Origin: an uncultured Armatimonadia bacterium
GTDB taxonomy: Bacteria; Armatimonadota; Zipacnadia; CAVVLO01
Reading direction: 5' to 3'
DNA: 64,000 bases
Assembly (NCBI GenBank): GCA_963749155.1
Contig: CAVVLO010000005.1
Coordinates: forward strand, 448,001-512,000
Shown in pieces: positions 10,961-22,989 of the stretch; position 1 is the first letter of the stretch; each line of letters opens with the position of its first letter. The position numbers and the translations under genes are program-made. The notes below the pieces were generated by a model. It was not told where the DNA came from and made no database searches. It saw only the letters and a list, made by a program, of their open reading frames with translations.

Positions 10961-13781
10961 TCCGTCAGGACCGTTAGAGCAACCAGCGCCGGGCAGGCGC
11001 CTGTGCCTGTGGAAACGAAATCCACCGAGGCGATTGGCTCCTCTGGGCGCGGATTGGCCCAGGTCCAGTTGCTGAGTCCGAGTGGTTGCCCGCCAGGCGT
11101 TGCGCCCTGCCAGACTTGCGGACTGCTGAGAGTCGACCTGTTGTGGTAGAAAGCGCGCAACTGCCGGTTGTAATGCAGGGGCGCTTCCAGGCTTTGGCCA
11201 TCGGCGTAATGCACCCTCAGCGTTGCGACCTGTGCGCCCGAGGGCACTGTGAATCCGCAGGTCACCAGCAGCGAGAGACTTGCTGCCTTCTGGCCAAGCT
11301 GGATTCCCTCTACCGCAATCGGCAGGGAGGTAGGCGCCAGACTGCCTGCCAGGACGATTGCCTTTGGTCCGATGAGGAAGCGCGTCTTACCGAGCAGGAC
11401 TTCGCCCTGAGGCAGCGCCGAGAGGTCGCGCCCTGCGCCAAAGCCCATCCAGCCAGACCCATCGGCATCCACCAGCGCTCTATTCGCGAGGCCTGACAGG
11501 TCTACCAGGAAGCCTGCCGAGGGTTCGGCGCGCTCGAGCTGGAGAGGCGCCAGATAGCGTTCTTCGATGTTGTACGGCAACTTGTCGGGCGCTCTCTGGC
11601 CAAGGCTCCAGGCACAGTCAGCGGTGTAGACGAGCGAGGCGAGATAATTGATATTGTAGTCGAAGGCGGCCTCCAGGCTGCCCACCCCGCACCAGGTCGT
11701 CCCAATCATCCCCATCACGTTGTCGAAGCGCGCCGCATCGCGCGAGAAGTTCCAAATGTTGTTCAGGTCGAACCACGGGCCTGCGATGACCCGCTTGCCC
11801 TGCTCCTTCCACAAGGGCAGGCTTGCGAAGTGCTCGTAAGTGCCGCCGTAATGCCAGTCGCACACAATCAGGTCCTTCGGCAGCAGCGGCAGGCAGGTGG
11901 CAAACTGCTTCTCGCCGCCTCCGTTGTAAGCGTCAGTCCCGCCTGGCGCGTCAATCGGAGCCAGCGCCATATCGCCCCACAGCATCGTCTCGACGCCGCG
12001 CTGGGCCCACCAATCGTGGATGCGCGTCACATCCTCGGCGAAAAGCTCGCCGGCGCTTTTACCCTGGCAACGCGGGCACTCGGCATAGACTCCCCACATC
12101 TCATCGTGCCCCATATGGAAATACTTCGGCTTCAGCCACTTCTCAGTCTCTTCAAACAAGTCGAAAAGCAGGTCGTAGACCGCCGGATTCGAGGGGCAGT
12201 AGTTGTAGGGATTTGCTGGATCTTCTGCCAGGTCCTTGTGCTGCCCATCGCGGAAGAGCCAGTATTCACAGTGGCCGCCTGACTGGATTTGCGGGACGGG
12301 CTCCATAAAATGCTCGCGGCAGAAATCGGCAAGCTCACCAATCTGCTGAGGCGTTGGGCCGTTAGGATTGATTTCGGGATGCGACTCCCACTTTATGGAT
12401 TCGATTTCCAGCACGACGGTGTTGAGCTTGTAGCGCCGCAGCACCTCGCCTATCAGGAGTTTCGTCGCTGACAGGTCAGGGTCGCCAAGGCAAAGATGCG
12501 CCCCGCGCAGCATAAAATCGGGCCAATCGGTGATACGCACGGAGGGCAGTTCTGGTCCTGCTTCGCCCTGGCCTAGCAGCTGCAGCAGCGTCTGGACGCC
12601 CCAGTAGGTGCCCCTCTGGTCCTGGCCTGCCAGCAGCACACCGGAGGGGCTGACCCTTAGAAAATAGCCCTCTGACTTGCCGGGAGAAGAAGCTCCAGCG
12701 AGGTGTTTGTTATATTCGGCCTCGCCCAGCACCAGGGCGCCAACCGGCGAAAGCACTTCGTGCGCCTCCAGCACTGGCAGCCTGAAGCCAAAACGCTTCT
12801 GGAGTTCGCTATTGAGGTCGCGCACGGCCCGCAGATCTTCAGGGGCTGGCTTGTCTCGCACGATTATTGGAGTTTTGGAAGTGAGCTCGAAGGCACCTTG
12901 CCCCCAGCGCACCTGCTTTGAGGCGCGGGGATGAGCACTGGGCGCTCGCTGATTTGCGCCTCTCCGGTAGCAGAGGCCACCGGCAAGAGGCGAGGCGCGC
13001 CGCCTGAAAGCGCCGGGGCGGCAACCGGCGGTCTTCCAAGACACTTAAGGGTAAATCCGTAACTTGCTGTCTTGCCCAGCTCTGGAGCTATCCCAAGCAT
13101 CCCGCCCCAATACCACCCACTGACCGGTGTCCCGCCAAATCGCAGCCGGCCGTCGATGAGAGAGAACCAGGAGCCACCCTCTGTGGAAAACTCCAGATCG
13201 CCCACGCGCGAATGGATCACCATCCGGTTTGCCTGATGCGCCAGCAAGGTCGTGGCGTCGATCTCTTTACTGGTCGCCTCGAGAGCTACAAACCCCTTGC
13301 GCGCCTCGCTTTCCCCGGTCACTTCGTAAGCCTGCCCGACGATAGGCGCTTCGGGAAGCTGGACGAAACAGGTCTCTACCCCAAGCGGAATAGCCTTCAA
13401 TTTGGTGCAGGAGAAAGCCATCTCGACCGTGCCGTTGGGCCTTCCCGTGATGGTGTAGTCATACTCGAAGCCGGCGTCTTTGGGCGCGCTGAGGATACGC
13501 AGTTGCTTGCCTCCCCCTGCTGTCTCGGTCACCTGGATGTCTTCCACGTGGCCTGGCAGGCTGAGATAGACCTCCTTCCAGCCGCCATCGTGAAAAACGA
13601 CGGAGGAGCCTTCTACAATCCGCTGGCCGCACCAGTCCACGGTCAGACCGCGCTCAGGCCCAAATCCGAGCACCAGGTCGCCCACCGGCACGCTGACCCA
13701 GCGACCAGCGCTTGCGCCAGTGGCAAGCAGCACGAGCAAAACCAGCAGCAGGCAGGCAGCAAGGGCAGTGGTAGTTGTCAT
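10957..13781 (-). CDS. Secreted beta-N-acetylhexosaminidase, GH20 (frameshift ~12920)
   Basis: Signal peptide; GH20b motif EGYFLRV…GQDQRGTYWGVQTLLQL…ITDWPDF; catalytic HMGHDE; GMIGTTW. Confidence 0.88.
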
Positions 13782-13799
13782 CCGTATCGCCTCAGTTTG

Positions 13800-14222
13800 T
13801 TATTTATGCCAGGGCAACAAGAAGCTGAGCAGACAGCCGCGCCGGTTGCTCCTGGCCGCCAGCTTGCAGCCTTCCAGTGTCTTGGCCATCCGTAAAGTGT
13901 CGGGATTATCAGGACCGAGCGTCCGCCTCGCGATAGCGACGGCTTTCTCCAGCAGCCACAGGGCCTCTTTATGCCTGCCCAGTTGGAAATACGCTGTGCC
14001 GAGATTGTTGTAGATGGCTGCACTCCCGGCGAATTCGTCACCGAAGGCCTTCGCTTCCTGGGCAGCTCGCTCCAGGTAAACCAGCGCTTTTTCAGGGCGT
14101 CCTGTCGCACTATAGAAACCGCCCAGATTGCTTAGCGCAGAGGCCAAAGTGGCAGAGCCAGGGGTGTGGCGCTCTTCCGCCTCGGCCAGTGTTGCCAGCA
14201 GCTCGCTTTCCTGGGCTTCCAT
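13800..14222 (-). CDS. Tetratricopeptide repeat protein
   Basis: LASALSNLGGFY…KALVYLERA and AAIYNNLGTAYFQLGRHKEALWLLEKAVAI…LGPDNPDT (TPR_12-type). AGGAG RBS. Confidence 0.85.
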   Translation of the reverse strand: MEAQESELLATLAEAEERHTPGSATLASALSNLGGFYSATGRPEKALVYLERAAQEAKAFGDEFAGSAAIYNNLGTAYFQLGRHKEALWLLEKAVAIARRTLGPDNPDTLRMAKTLEGCKLAARSNRRGCLLSFLLPWHK

Positions 14223-14231
14223 AGCTCCTCC

Positions 14232-15538
14232 CTAGTGAAACTCGGGCAGATAATCCTTTTGCAGATGCAACATATAATCCAGCAATTGCTCGGCGCGTGG
14301 GGCGCTATCCACGACAGGGTCAAGCAGCAGTGTCTGCAGCAGCAGTCGCCTGGACTTCTCGCGGTAGGCCTCGACCAGATAGCTTCTGGATGGCAATCTG
14401 CAGGTTGCAGAAAGCCGCCAGGCCCTCCGGCAGCGGTCCAATCGGCTGCGGATGCACCCCGCCGGCATCCATTACGGCGGGCACCTCGACCACGCCATCG
14501 CAGTCGAGATTGGCTACATAGCCCTCGGTATTGGGCACGTTTACCGCGCACTCCCAGTTGCCCAGGTCGCACTCGATGCCAAGTATGATGGGGATAGCGA
14601 GCTCGCCGCTTTTCCTCGCCAGGTGCTCATCTACAGGCTTTGCCCCGCTCGCGCAGACCTCAAGGTCACTCGGTTCGGGCTCGGGCGGCGTCAAGGGCAC
14701 TGACCGCCACTCCTGCCCGTAATGCCAGAGCTGCCCGGTGAAGTCGGTCGCGAAGGAGAGATACTCTCCGATGTGGTCATCCGAGGGATAGGTATAGCAA
14801 CCGAAGACTTCCACCATCTTGCGCACCAGCGGCGGCATCGCGGGGCAATCGGGGTCAGCCATCTTCGCGCGGAAGGCAGGATACAGGTCCTCCCCGGTCG
14901 CCTTGTCACGGATAGCGGTCACCCAGAAGAAGTGGTTGAGCCCGCCGGCGACGATATCCAGCTCTTCCAGCGGCCGCCCAAGGATGCGGCTTACCCCCTC
15001 GCGCCCGCCCATCATCCCGTGGCACAGGCCGACTGAGTTGATCCGGGTGAGTTTCGAGACCGCCATAATGATGCGCGACTCGGGATTGGTGAAGTTGAGC
15101 AGCAAGCGCCTCGGGGCAGAGCCGTTCCATATCTTCGGCAATTGGCACCATCAATTGATAGTTGCGCAGCGCGTGGAAGACAGCCCCCGGCCCGCCGTTC
15201 TCGCCCAGGCAATGCTTGAAGCCGAAGGCCATCGGCGCGCGGAAATCCTGTTCCCAAAGGGGATAGCGTTTGATGGCGACGCTGGTGATGACATAATCGG
15301 CGCCGGGCAGCGCCTGGAGGCGGTTGGTGGTCGCCGAGAGCTTCACTTTGGAGCCAAAGTGCTCTTTCAACCGCTCTCCAAACTTGAGCATCCGGTCCAG
15401 TCCGACCGAATCGAGGTCTACCAGCACCAGTTCTGTGGCGAACTCATCGAACTCCGGCGAGCCCAGCACATCGGCCAGGACGCCCCTGCCGAACCCGCTC
15501 GCGCACCCGATGGAAACCAGTTTGAGTCGCTTGCTCAT
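14232..15538 (-). CDS. GH4 NAD-dependent glycoside hydrolase, alpha-galactosidase-like (frameshifts ~15105 and ~14380)
   Basis: GH4 motifs GENGGPG, LNFTNPE, GLCH, GLNHF, DDHIGEY, VNVPN, VVEVPA, LLLDP spread over three joined frames. Confidence 0.88.
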
Positions 15539-15577
15539 CTGTGTTCACCTGGCTTTTGGGAAGTTGTTGGTCAGCGT

Positions 15578-16204
15578 TCAGGCCGGCAGACCTTTCGTGC
15601 TGGCATCGGTGATGATGCCGGTCAACTCGGCCTCGCGTATATCGGCTTTGCTCAGGTCAACCGAGCGCAGATCGGCCCCCTCCAGGTTAGTGCCGCGCAG
15701 GTCTGCATCTCGCAGATTGGCCCCCGAAAGGTTGGCCCCGCGCAAATTGGCTAGCCACAAGTTTGCCCCTTGCAAGTTGGCCTTGCTCAAGTCGGTTCCC
15801 TGCAATTCAGCCTCGCTCAGGAGGACATCGCGCAGGTTGGCTCCGGTAAGTCTGGCCTCGCTCAGGCTAGCCTCAAACAGGAGGGCCTTATTCAAGTTGG
15901 CCTTGGTGAGGTTGGCCCCAAACAGGTCAGCCTCCTCCAGATCGGCTTGGCTCAGGTTGGCTCTTTCCAGGTTAGCTGTACGCAAGTTGACCTTGCGCAG
16001 GACAGCCTGACTGAAGTTGGCCTTGGTGAGGTTGGCCCCAAACAGACTCGCAAAGCTTAGATAAGCCTTGCTCAGATTGGCTCCCTGAAGGTTGGCCCCC
16101 CGGAGGTCAGCCTCGCGCAGGTCGGCTTTGTTGGCCTCGCATACTGCTCGGAGAGTCGCCCCCTCGCCTATCACGCTGCCGCCTACACGGATAATGCGTA
16201 CCAT
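15578..16204 (-). CDS. Pentapeptide repeat protein
   Basis: Long run of A(D/N)LxX units with visible 15-nt periodicity in the DNA. AGGAG precedes ATG 16204. Confidence 0.92.
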   Translation of the reverse strand: MVRIIRVGGSVIGEGATLRAVCEANKADLREADLRGANLQGANLSKAYLSFASLFGANLTKANFSQAVLRKVNLRTANLERANLSQADLEEADLFGANLTKANLNKALLFEASLSEARLTGANLRDVLLSEAELQGTDLSKANLQGANLWLANLRGANLSGANLRDADLRGTNLEGADLRSVDLSKADIREAELTGIITDASTKGLPA

Positions 16205-16410
16205 GCAGCTGCTCCTGGTCTTTGCCACTCGGTCAGAAAGCTGCCGAATCCAGCTTTACATATGTGCAAATCTTTTTAACGCGCCTGCACGTATCAGAGC
16301 ACGATTCCTAGATTCTACACCCAACCGGGCTGTTCCTGCCGGTGCAGGGAAGGGGCTCTCCTGGGCGAAGAGAGTCAGTAGAGACGATTTATAAGCAAGG
16401 GAGCGTGTAA

Positions 16411-19027
16411 ATGGAGCTTCCGACCGTACCGAGTGGACTCGAAGAGCTAGACGAGGTGCTGCAGGGGCTGCGCCTGGGCGATAATGTCGTCTGGCAAGTT
16501 GATGACCTGGCAGATTATCTCTATTTTGTGCGCCCCTTTGTCGACCGCTCGCTCAAAGAAGGCCGCCGCGTCGTTTATCTGCGTTTTGCGCCTCATGAGC
16601 CGGTGCTCGAGGCGCTGCCTGGCCTTGAGATAATCGAACTCGATCCAGGCCCCGGATTCGACTACTTCAGCCGCGAGGTACACGAGATCATCGAGCAGCG
16701 CGGCCTGGAGGCCTTCTATGTCTTCGACAACCTCTCGGCGCTGGCGGTCGAATGGGCGACCGACGAGTTGCTCGCGAACTTCTTCCAGGTCACTTGCCCC
16801 TATCTTTTCGAGCTTGAGACGGTCACCTATTTTGCCCTGACGCGCGGCCAGCACGCCCACCAGGCGGTCGCGCGCATACGCGACACCACCCAGATACTGA
16901 TTGACGTCTACCGCACCGAAGGGCGGATGTATATCCACCCAATCAAAGTCTGGGATCGCTATTCTCCCCAGATGTTTATGCCCCATATGGTGGCCGAGGG
17001 AGACTGGGATCCAGTCTTCCAGAGCGGCGAAGCGGCCACTGTGACCGGTGCTGCTCGTCGCCCTCTGCTGCCGGGCAGGCTCAATTGCGCCCTGGGAGAG
17101 CGTCTACAGCAAGCTGAGCCAGTATCGCGCGCAGGGCCTGCTGCCTGACAAGACCGATCCCGAGTTCGGAGCCCTGAAGCAGGAGCTCTGCCGGATGCTC
17201 ATCGGCGCGCATCCCGAGTTCAGCCGGCTGGCTGACGAGTATCTCACCCTCGATGACCTGTTCGGCATACGCGACCGGCTGATTGGCTCCGGCAGGATAG
17301 GCGGCAAGGCCGCTGGGATGCTCGTTGCCAGGCGCATACTGCTCGATGCCGCCTCTGAAGCGGGGGCCGAGATTGATTTCGCCGAGGTGTTGGAGCCGCA
17401 TGATTCCTTCTACATCGGCTCGGATGTTTTCTTCACTTTCCTCGTGAACAACGACCTCTTCCGGATGCGCCTCCAGCTTTCGCGCAACGCTTCTTTTTCG
17501 CGCGATGAGTTCGAGGAAGTAGAGCGGCTCTTCCTGGCTGGCAAGTTCTCGCCGGCCATACAGGAGCAGTTCCGCAACTTGCTGGATTATTTCGGCCAGG
17601 CGCCGATAATCGTGCGCTCTTCCAGCCTGCTCGAAGACAGTTTCGGCAACGCCTTCGCGGGCAAATATCATAGCGAGTTCTGCGCCAACCAGGGCGACCC
17701 CGAACAGCGCCTGGAGGCTTTCTGCAACGCCGTAAAACTCGTCTACGCGAGCGCTCTCAATCCTGATGCGCTCTCCTACAGGCGCAAGCGGGGCCTGGGC
17801 GAGAGCGATGAGCAGATGGCTATCCTCGTCCAGCGAGTGTCAGGGATGCCCTACAAGCAGGCTTTCTTCCCGAGCGTGGCTGGAGTGGCCTTCTCGAAGA
17901 ACCTCTACGCCTGGAGCGACCGCATCGATGCCAACCAGGGGATGGTCCGCCTCGTCTTTGGTCTGGGCACGCGCGCCGTAGACAGAGTTGGCGGCGACTA
18001 TCCGCGGATGATTGCCATCAGCCATCCAGAGCTGCGGCCCGAGGTCGGCACCGAGGTCGCCAAGTATTCCCAGCGCCAGGTAGACCTGCTGGACCTCGCC
18101 GAGAACAGGCTGCTGACGCGCCCAAGCGCCGAGGTGCTCGAAGGCGCCAATTATCCCAACCTGTATCTGCTGGCCTCGGTGCTCGCCGATGGCTTCGTGC
18201 AGGACCCCGCCACCAACTGGCTGGATGCGCCCTCGAATCAGCTTGTGCTGACTTTCAACAACCTGATCAGGCGCACTCCCTTTGTGAAGATTATGGGCGC
18301 GATGCTGGCCAGGCTCGAGGCGGCTTACGGGCATGCCGTGGATACCGAATTTACTGCTTCAATCAGTCGCGCGGGGCAGGTGCGTTTCAACTTGTTGCAG
18401 TGTCGCCCGCTTTGGCTGCCAGGCCTGGCCGGGCCTGTTACCGAATCAGTCGAAGCGCCCGCTGAGCGCACTCTATTCAGGTCTGACCGGATGGTAAGTG
18501 GCGGGGTGGTGAAGGGCATCCGTCACATCGTCTACCTTGACCCGAAATGGTATGACTCTATCGAATCACTCGAAGTCAAAAAGTCGCTTGGCCGGCTCGT
18601 TGGCAGGCTTAACGCTCATCCGCGCATCTCGGCGGGCAAACTGATGATGATGGGGCCAGGCCGGTGGGGCTCGAGTAATATCTCCCTGGGCGTAAATGTG
18701 GGTTATGCCGACATCCACAACGCCGCCGTGCTTGTAGAGCTGGCGCGAGAAGAGGCCGGCCATGTGCCCGAGGTCAGTTACGGGACCCATTTCTTTCAGG
18801 ATTTGGTAGAAGGCCAGATCATCTATCTGCCCGTCTATCCCGATGATCCTGACTGTGCCTTCAACGAGGCTTTCTTCACCTCGGCGCCCAATGCTTTGCT
18901 GGAATTGTTGCCCGACGCAGGCGAATACGAGCAACTGGTAAAAGTTATAGACCTGACTGCCCAGTCTGGCGCGGGAGCGACTGTTGTGGCCGATCCCCAG
19001 GCCAGAAAGGCGGTTTGTTATTTCTAG
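16411..19027 (+). CDS. PEP/pyruvate-binding (PPDK_N ATP-grasp) domain protein with N-terminal degenerate RecA/KaiC-like domain (frameshift ~17070)
   Basis: N-terminus SGLEELDEVLQGLRLGDNVVW; IGGKAAGM; PIIVRSSSLLEDSFGNAFAGKY; GLGTRAV; GPGRWGSS; SYGTHFFQDLVE. Confidence 0.8.
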
Positions 19028-19064
19028 CAGCTAAGAACACTGGCCTTAGGGCGGAGGTGGCGTC

Positions 19065-19805
19065 ATGGACAGGTGGCTGGCTGTACTGGGAGTTGTGATT
19101 GGTATGGCGTGTTTCGCGACGGCAGGTAGTCCGGAGGAGCAGTTCGCTTATCCCCTTAGCTGCCAGGTGACCTGGCGAGGCGATGACGGGGCCAAAGGCG
19201 ATCCCGATGCCATCAACTGGGCTGAGGTGCCCAGGCTCGGTGACTACTGGCTGGCCGATGGCTCTGCCCTCGCCCCGCTGAAGACCGTCACCAAAGTCGC
19301 CTGGGATGCTGATTGCCTGTATATCTGGCGCTGGGCCGAAGACCCCGATATCAGAGCCACGATGACCGAGCGCGATGCGGAAGTCTTCCTTGAAGAATGC
19401 CTGGAGTTCTTCTGCGCGCCTTTTGGCGACCCCTACCAGTATCGCGAAATCAATGTCAATCCTCTGGGAGCGGTCTTCGACACCACTATCCGCTGGCCTC
19501 AGGGCCCGGCAGCGCTGCCTGAAAGACGTGATTCGTGGAATTGCCGCGACCTGGTGTGCAAGGTGCGCGTCAAAGGGACTGTGGAACAGCCGGACGATGT
19601 GGATGAGGGCTGGGAATGCTCGATGGCCTTGCCCTTCCGCTCGCTGACACGCTATGCGCCCAAACCTGGCGTCGTGTGGCGGGCGAATTTTTATCGCATA
19701 GAGAGAGCGCCCAAAGAGGAATATTGGTGCTGGAGCCCGACGCTCACCAATCCGCCTTCCTTCCATGTGCCAGCTCGGTTCGGTTATCTCATCTTCACCA
19801 AATAA
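19065..19805 (+). CDS. Secreted CBM9-like sugar-binding protein
   Basis: Signal peptide; WDADCLY; YREINVNPLGAVFD; WRANFYRIE; WSPT…SFHVPARFG. Confidence 0.8.
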   Translation: MDRWLAVLGVVIGMACFATAGSPEEQFAYPLSCQVTWRGDDGAKGDPDAINWAEVPRLGDYWLADGSALAPLKTVTKVAWDADCLYIWRWAEDPDIRATMTERDAEVFLEECLEFFCAPFGDPYQYREINVNPLGAVFDTTIRWPQGPAALPERRDSWNCRDLVCKVRVKGTVEQPDDVDEGWECSMALPFRSLTRYAPKPGVVWRANFYRIERAPKEEYWCWSPTLTNPPSFHVPARFGYLIFTK

Positions 19806-19821
19806 CTGGAGGACCTACCTC

Positions 19822-22800
19822 GTGAGGTGCCTAATGTTTACTTTTGCTCTGTGCTTGTTGCTGCTGGCCTCGTGGGCTTTGGCCCAGCAGGCCGACCTGG
19901 TCGGCTCCTGGAGCTTCGAAGGCAACCTGGCTGACGATTCGCCGCTTGCGCTTGTCGCTGGAGGCGTGGCCCCAGTCTGGGCCGAAGGCCGGGAAGGCCA
20001 GGCGCTTGGCCCTGTTGAGCGCGCCCTTGAGGTGCCTTCGCAGCCTGAGTTGGAGCTTGCCCCTGGCCTGGTTATCGACTGCTGGGTGTACTTTGAGGAG
20101 TTTACCGGCTTCCACACCTGGATTGTCCAGAAGCCGGACGAATACCAGTTGCGTCTCGACCCGGAAAGCGAGGGCGGGCGTTTCTCCTTTTTTGTTATGG
20201 TTGGCGGCTGGGAGGCCCGGGCCTCGGTTGCCAGGCCCGAGCTGCACCGGTGGTACCATCTCATCGCCAGTTGGGATGGCGTTCAAAGCGCGCCTTGCGG
20301 TCGATGGCGAAAGCTCGGAGCGGATGCGCATTGGTCCCTCTGAACCAGCAGGAGGCCCTCTGACTTTCGGCGGGCCCGGTTATCGCCTGGACTCTTTAAG
20401 TATCTCCAACGCCTCCGCCAGGCTCAAGCGCGAGCTGCTTGACGCCCTTGCAACCCCTGGCTCGCAGCCTAATCGTGCGCTGGCCTTCACGCCGGAGGCC
20501 GGTTTTGAGGGCTGGAGGGCAAACGGGACTGGAGAGGTCCTGGCGACCGCTGCTGGCCTGCGTTTGACCGGCGCCGAAGCGGTCCTGAATCCCTCACTTG
20601 CCTCCGAGGTTGAAGGGCTGCCGCTGCTGTCGCTTGCCCTGCAATCCGAAAACGCCATCAAGTATGGCCGAGCGCTTTTCGTCACCGACAAAGGCAGGGG
20701 AGAGGTAACTTTCCTGCTTGGTCAGGATACGCCTGGCCTGGCCGCGATGGCGGGCTGCAAAGCCTGGGGCGGCACACTGAGGGCGCTTGCAGTTGGCCCT
20801 CTCCCTGGCCAGCCCTCGGATTTTACTCTGGAAGGCGTCTGGATTGGCGCAAAGCCGATGGGGCCGCCCTTCGCCTATGTGCGCAGTCTTGCCCCCTGGC
20901 GCGCCAATCTGCGCGCCGGCCGCGACGAGACGCTGGTCGCAATCGTGCGCAACCCGTATGGCCTGCTGGAAGACCTGTCTGCCGAGTTGATTCTGCCCGA
21001 AGGCGTTACGGCTCTGGAGGGAACACTCCGCTCGGTACCCCTCGTCCAGCCGGCTTCCCAGGCGAGGCTCGAGTGGAAGGTGCGCGCCGAGGCGCCGGTT
21101 AAAGGCACAGCGGAGGTTGTCCTCACCCTGGAGGGCCATCATCCCCCTGGCAAGACGCTGGCACTGGACTTCCTGCCGCCCCTGGCAGGGCCGCCGGCCG
21201 ACTATGTGCCTGTGCCAAAGCCTGCAAAATCCGATTACCTGTTGCTGATGCATTACTGCGCCCTGTGGAAAGACGGCACCCACTATGGCTGGAACCGCAT
21301 CGAGAACTACCCCGAGCGCCGGCCCGCCATCGGTTTCTATGATGAGGGCACCCCCGAGGTCGCCGACTGGCATATCAAATACGCGGTGGAACACGGCATC
21401 CAGGGCTTTATCTACTGCTGGTACCGCAGCGACTTTGAGCCCGAGATTCACCAGTCCCTCGGTCACGCCATCCACGACGGGCTCAAGAAAGCTCGCTACA
21501 AGGACCTGTTCAAGTACACGATAATGTGGGAGAACGGCTGCGCGCTGGGTGTAAAAGACCGCGCCGATATGCTGGACAATTTGCTGCCCTTCTGGATTGA
21601 GAACTACTTCACCGACCCGAGCTACCTCGTGCTGGACGGCAAGCCGGTGCTCTTTGTCTGGCAGCCCCAACTGTTGAACGGCTACTTCGGCGGTGTCGAG
21701 GAGACCCGCGAAGTGCTGGATGCGATGAGGCAGCAATGCCAGCAGGCTGGTTTCAAGGGTCTTACCCTTATCGCCTGCGTCGGCGGGGCGGATGCGAACC
21801 TTCAGAGGCGCCTTCAGGCCGAAGGCTGGGATGCGACTTCCGCCTATGGGATTGCCAGCACCTGGCATGACCCTGAGCCTGACTGGGACGGCGCCCTGGC
21901 CTGGGATTATGACACCTGGCTTCTTGGGCAGGCTGACACCTGGCAGGCCAAGCAGGACGTCGGCGCGCTGCCTGACATCGTGGACGTGATGATGGGCTGG
22001 GACTCTCGCCCCTGGCACGGCGAGAGCAATACGATGTATGCCGGCACGCCCGATCCAGCCGCCTGGAAGCGCGCCCTCGAGCGCGCCAAAGCCTTTGTCG
22101 AAGCCAAACCCGGCGATGGCCTGGACAAGCATATCGTTGTGCTGGACAACTGGACCGAGTTCGGCGAGGGCCATTACATCGAGCCGACGACGGGCCTTGG
22201 CTTCTCCTACGTAGATGCCATCCGGGAGGTCTTCTGCGACCCTGCCAGCCCGCCCTCGGAAAACGTAATCCCCGAGGATGTCGGCCTGCCGGTGCCGGAG
22301 ACCTGGTACGGCGCCAAGCGGCAGGCGATGCTGTCAGCGATGGAGGACAAGACCTTCCTCCTGGAAGACGGCCTGCTGGCTCACTGGACTTTCGACTCAA
22401 ACGACCCGCGCCTTGCAATTGATACCTCCGCCTGCAAGCTGCACGGTTTTCTGCGAGACTGCGGCAAGACTGACGGCATCAGCGGCAAGGCGCTTGCTTG
22501 TGGCAAGGACATCGTCGAACTGCCCAACAATGCCCTCTACACACCTTCGGAGGGCTTCACCCTCAGTATGTGGGTTAAACCCTCCCAGCCAAACCAGGCC
22601 GACACCTGGTTTGCCACTTGCATAACCGCGGCAAACTGCGGCTGGCGTTTTGGGCTTGGAGGGGGCAAGCTCGCTTTCCAGGTGCCAGTCACTGAATGGA
22701 GCCATCTACTGGTCTCTAATTATGAGGTGCCAGTGGGAGAGTGGACCCACGTCGCCGCTACCTTCGACAACATCACGATGCGCGTTTTCGCTAACGGTCA

Positions 22801-22978
22801 TCTGGTCGGCGAACTGGAACGCAAAGGGCCGATGCGCGCTGCTACAAACTCGCTTTATCTGGGCGGCTTCGGGATTGGTGGTATCCAGAATAACTTCAAG
22901 GGCGAACTGGACGAGGTAAAGCTGTGGGTAAGGGCACTTTCGGCAGAAGAACTCGCCAGTGAAGCCTCGCCGCATTAA
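19822..22978 (+). CDS. Secreted LamG - GH99-like (WbsX-type) - LamG glycoside hydrolase, copy 1 (frameshift ~20283)
   Basis: Signal peptide; RPAIGFYDEGTPEVADWHIKYAVEHGIQGFIYCWY; GWDSRPW; DNWTEFGEGHYIEP; LamG WTHVAATFD…FKGELDEVKLW. GGAGGA precedes GTG 19822. Confidence 0.82.
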
Positions 22979-22989
22979 GGAGTCCTGCA

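Noticed and set aside
15600..16130. 15-nt periodic DNA repeat as a CRISPR or satellite array
   Set aside because: It is fully explained by pentapeptide-repeat coding and has no unique spacers or cas genes.
9466..16204. GyrI-like plus pentapeptide-repeat genes as a gyrase-protection system
   Set aside because: They are about 5 kb apart on opposite strands with unrelated genes between, and both folds are widespread with other roles.
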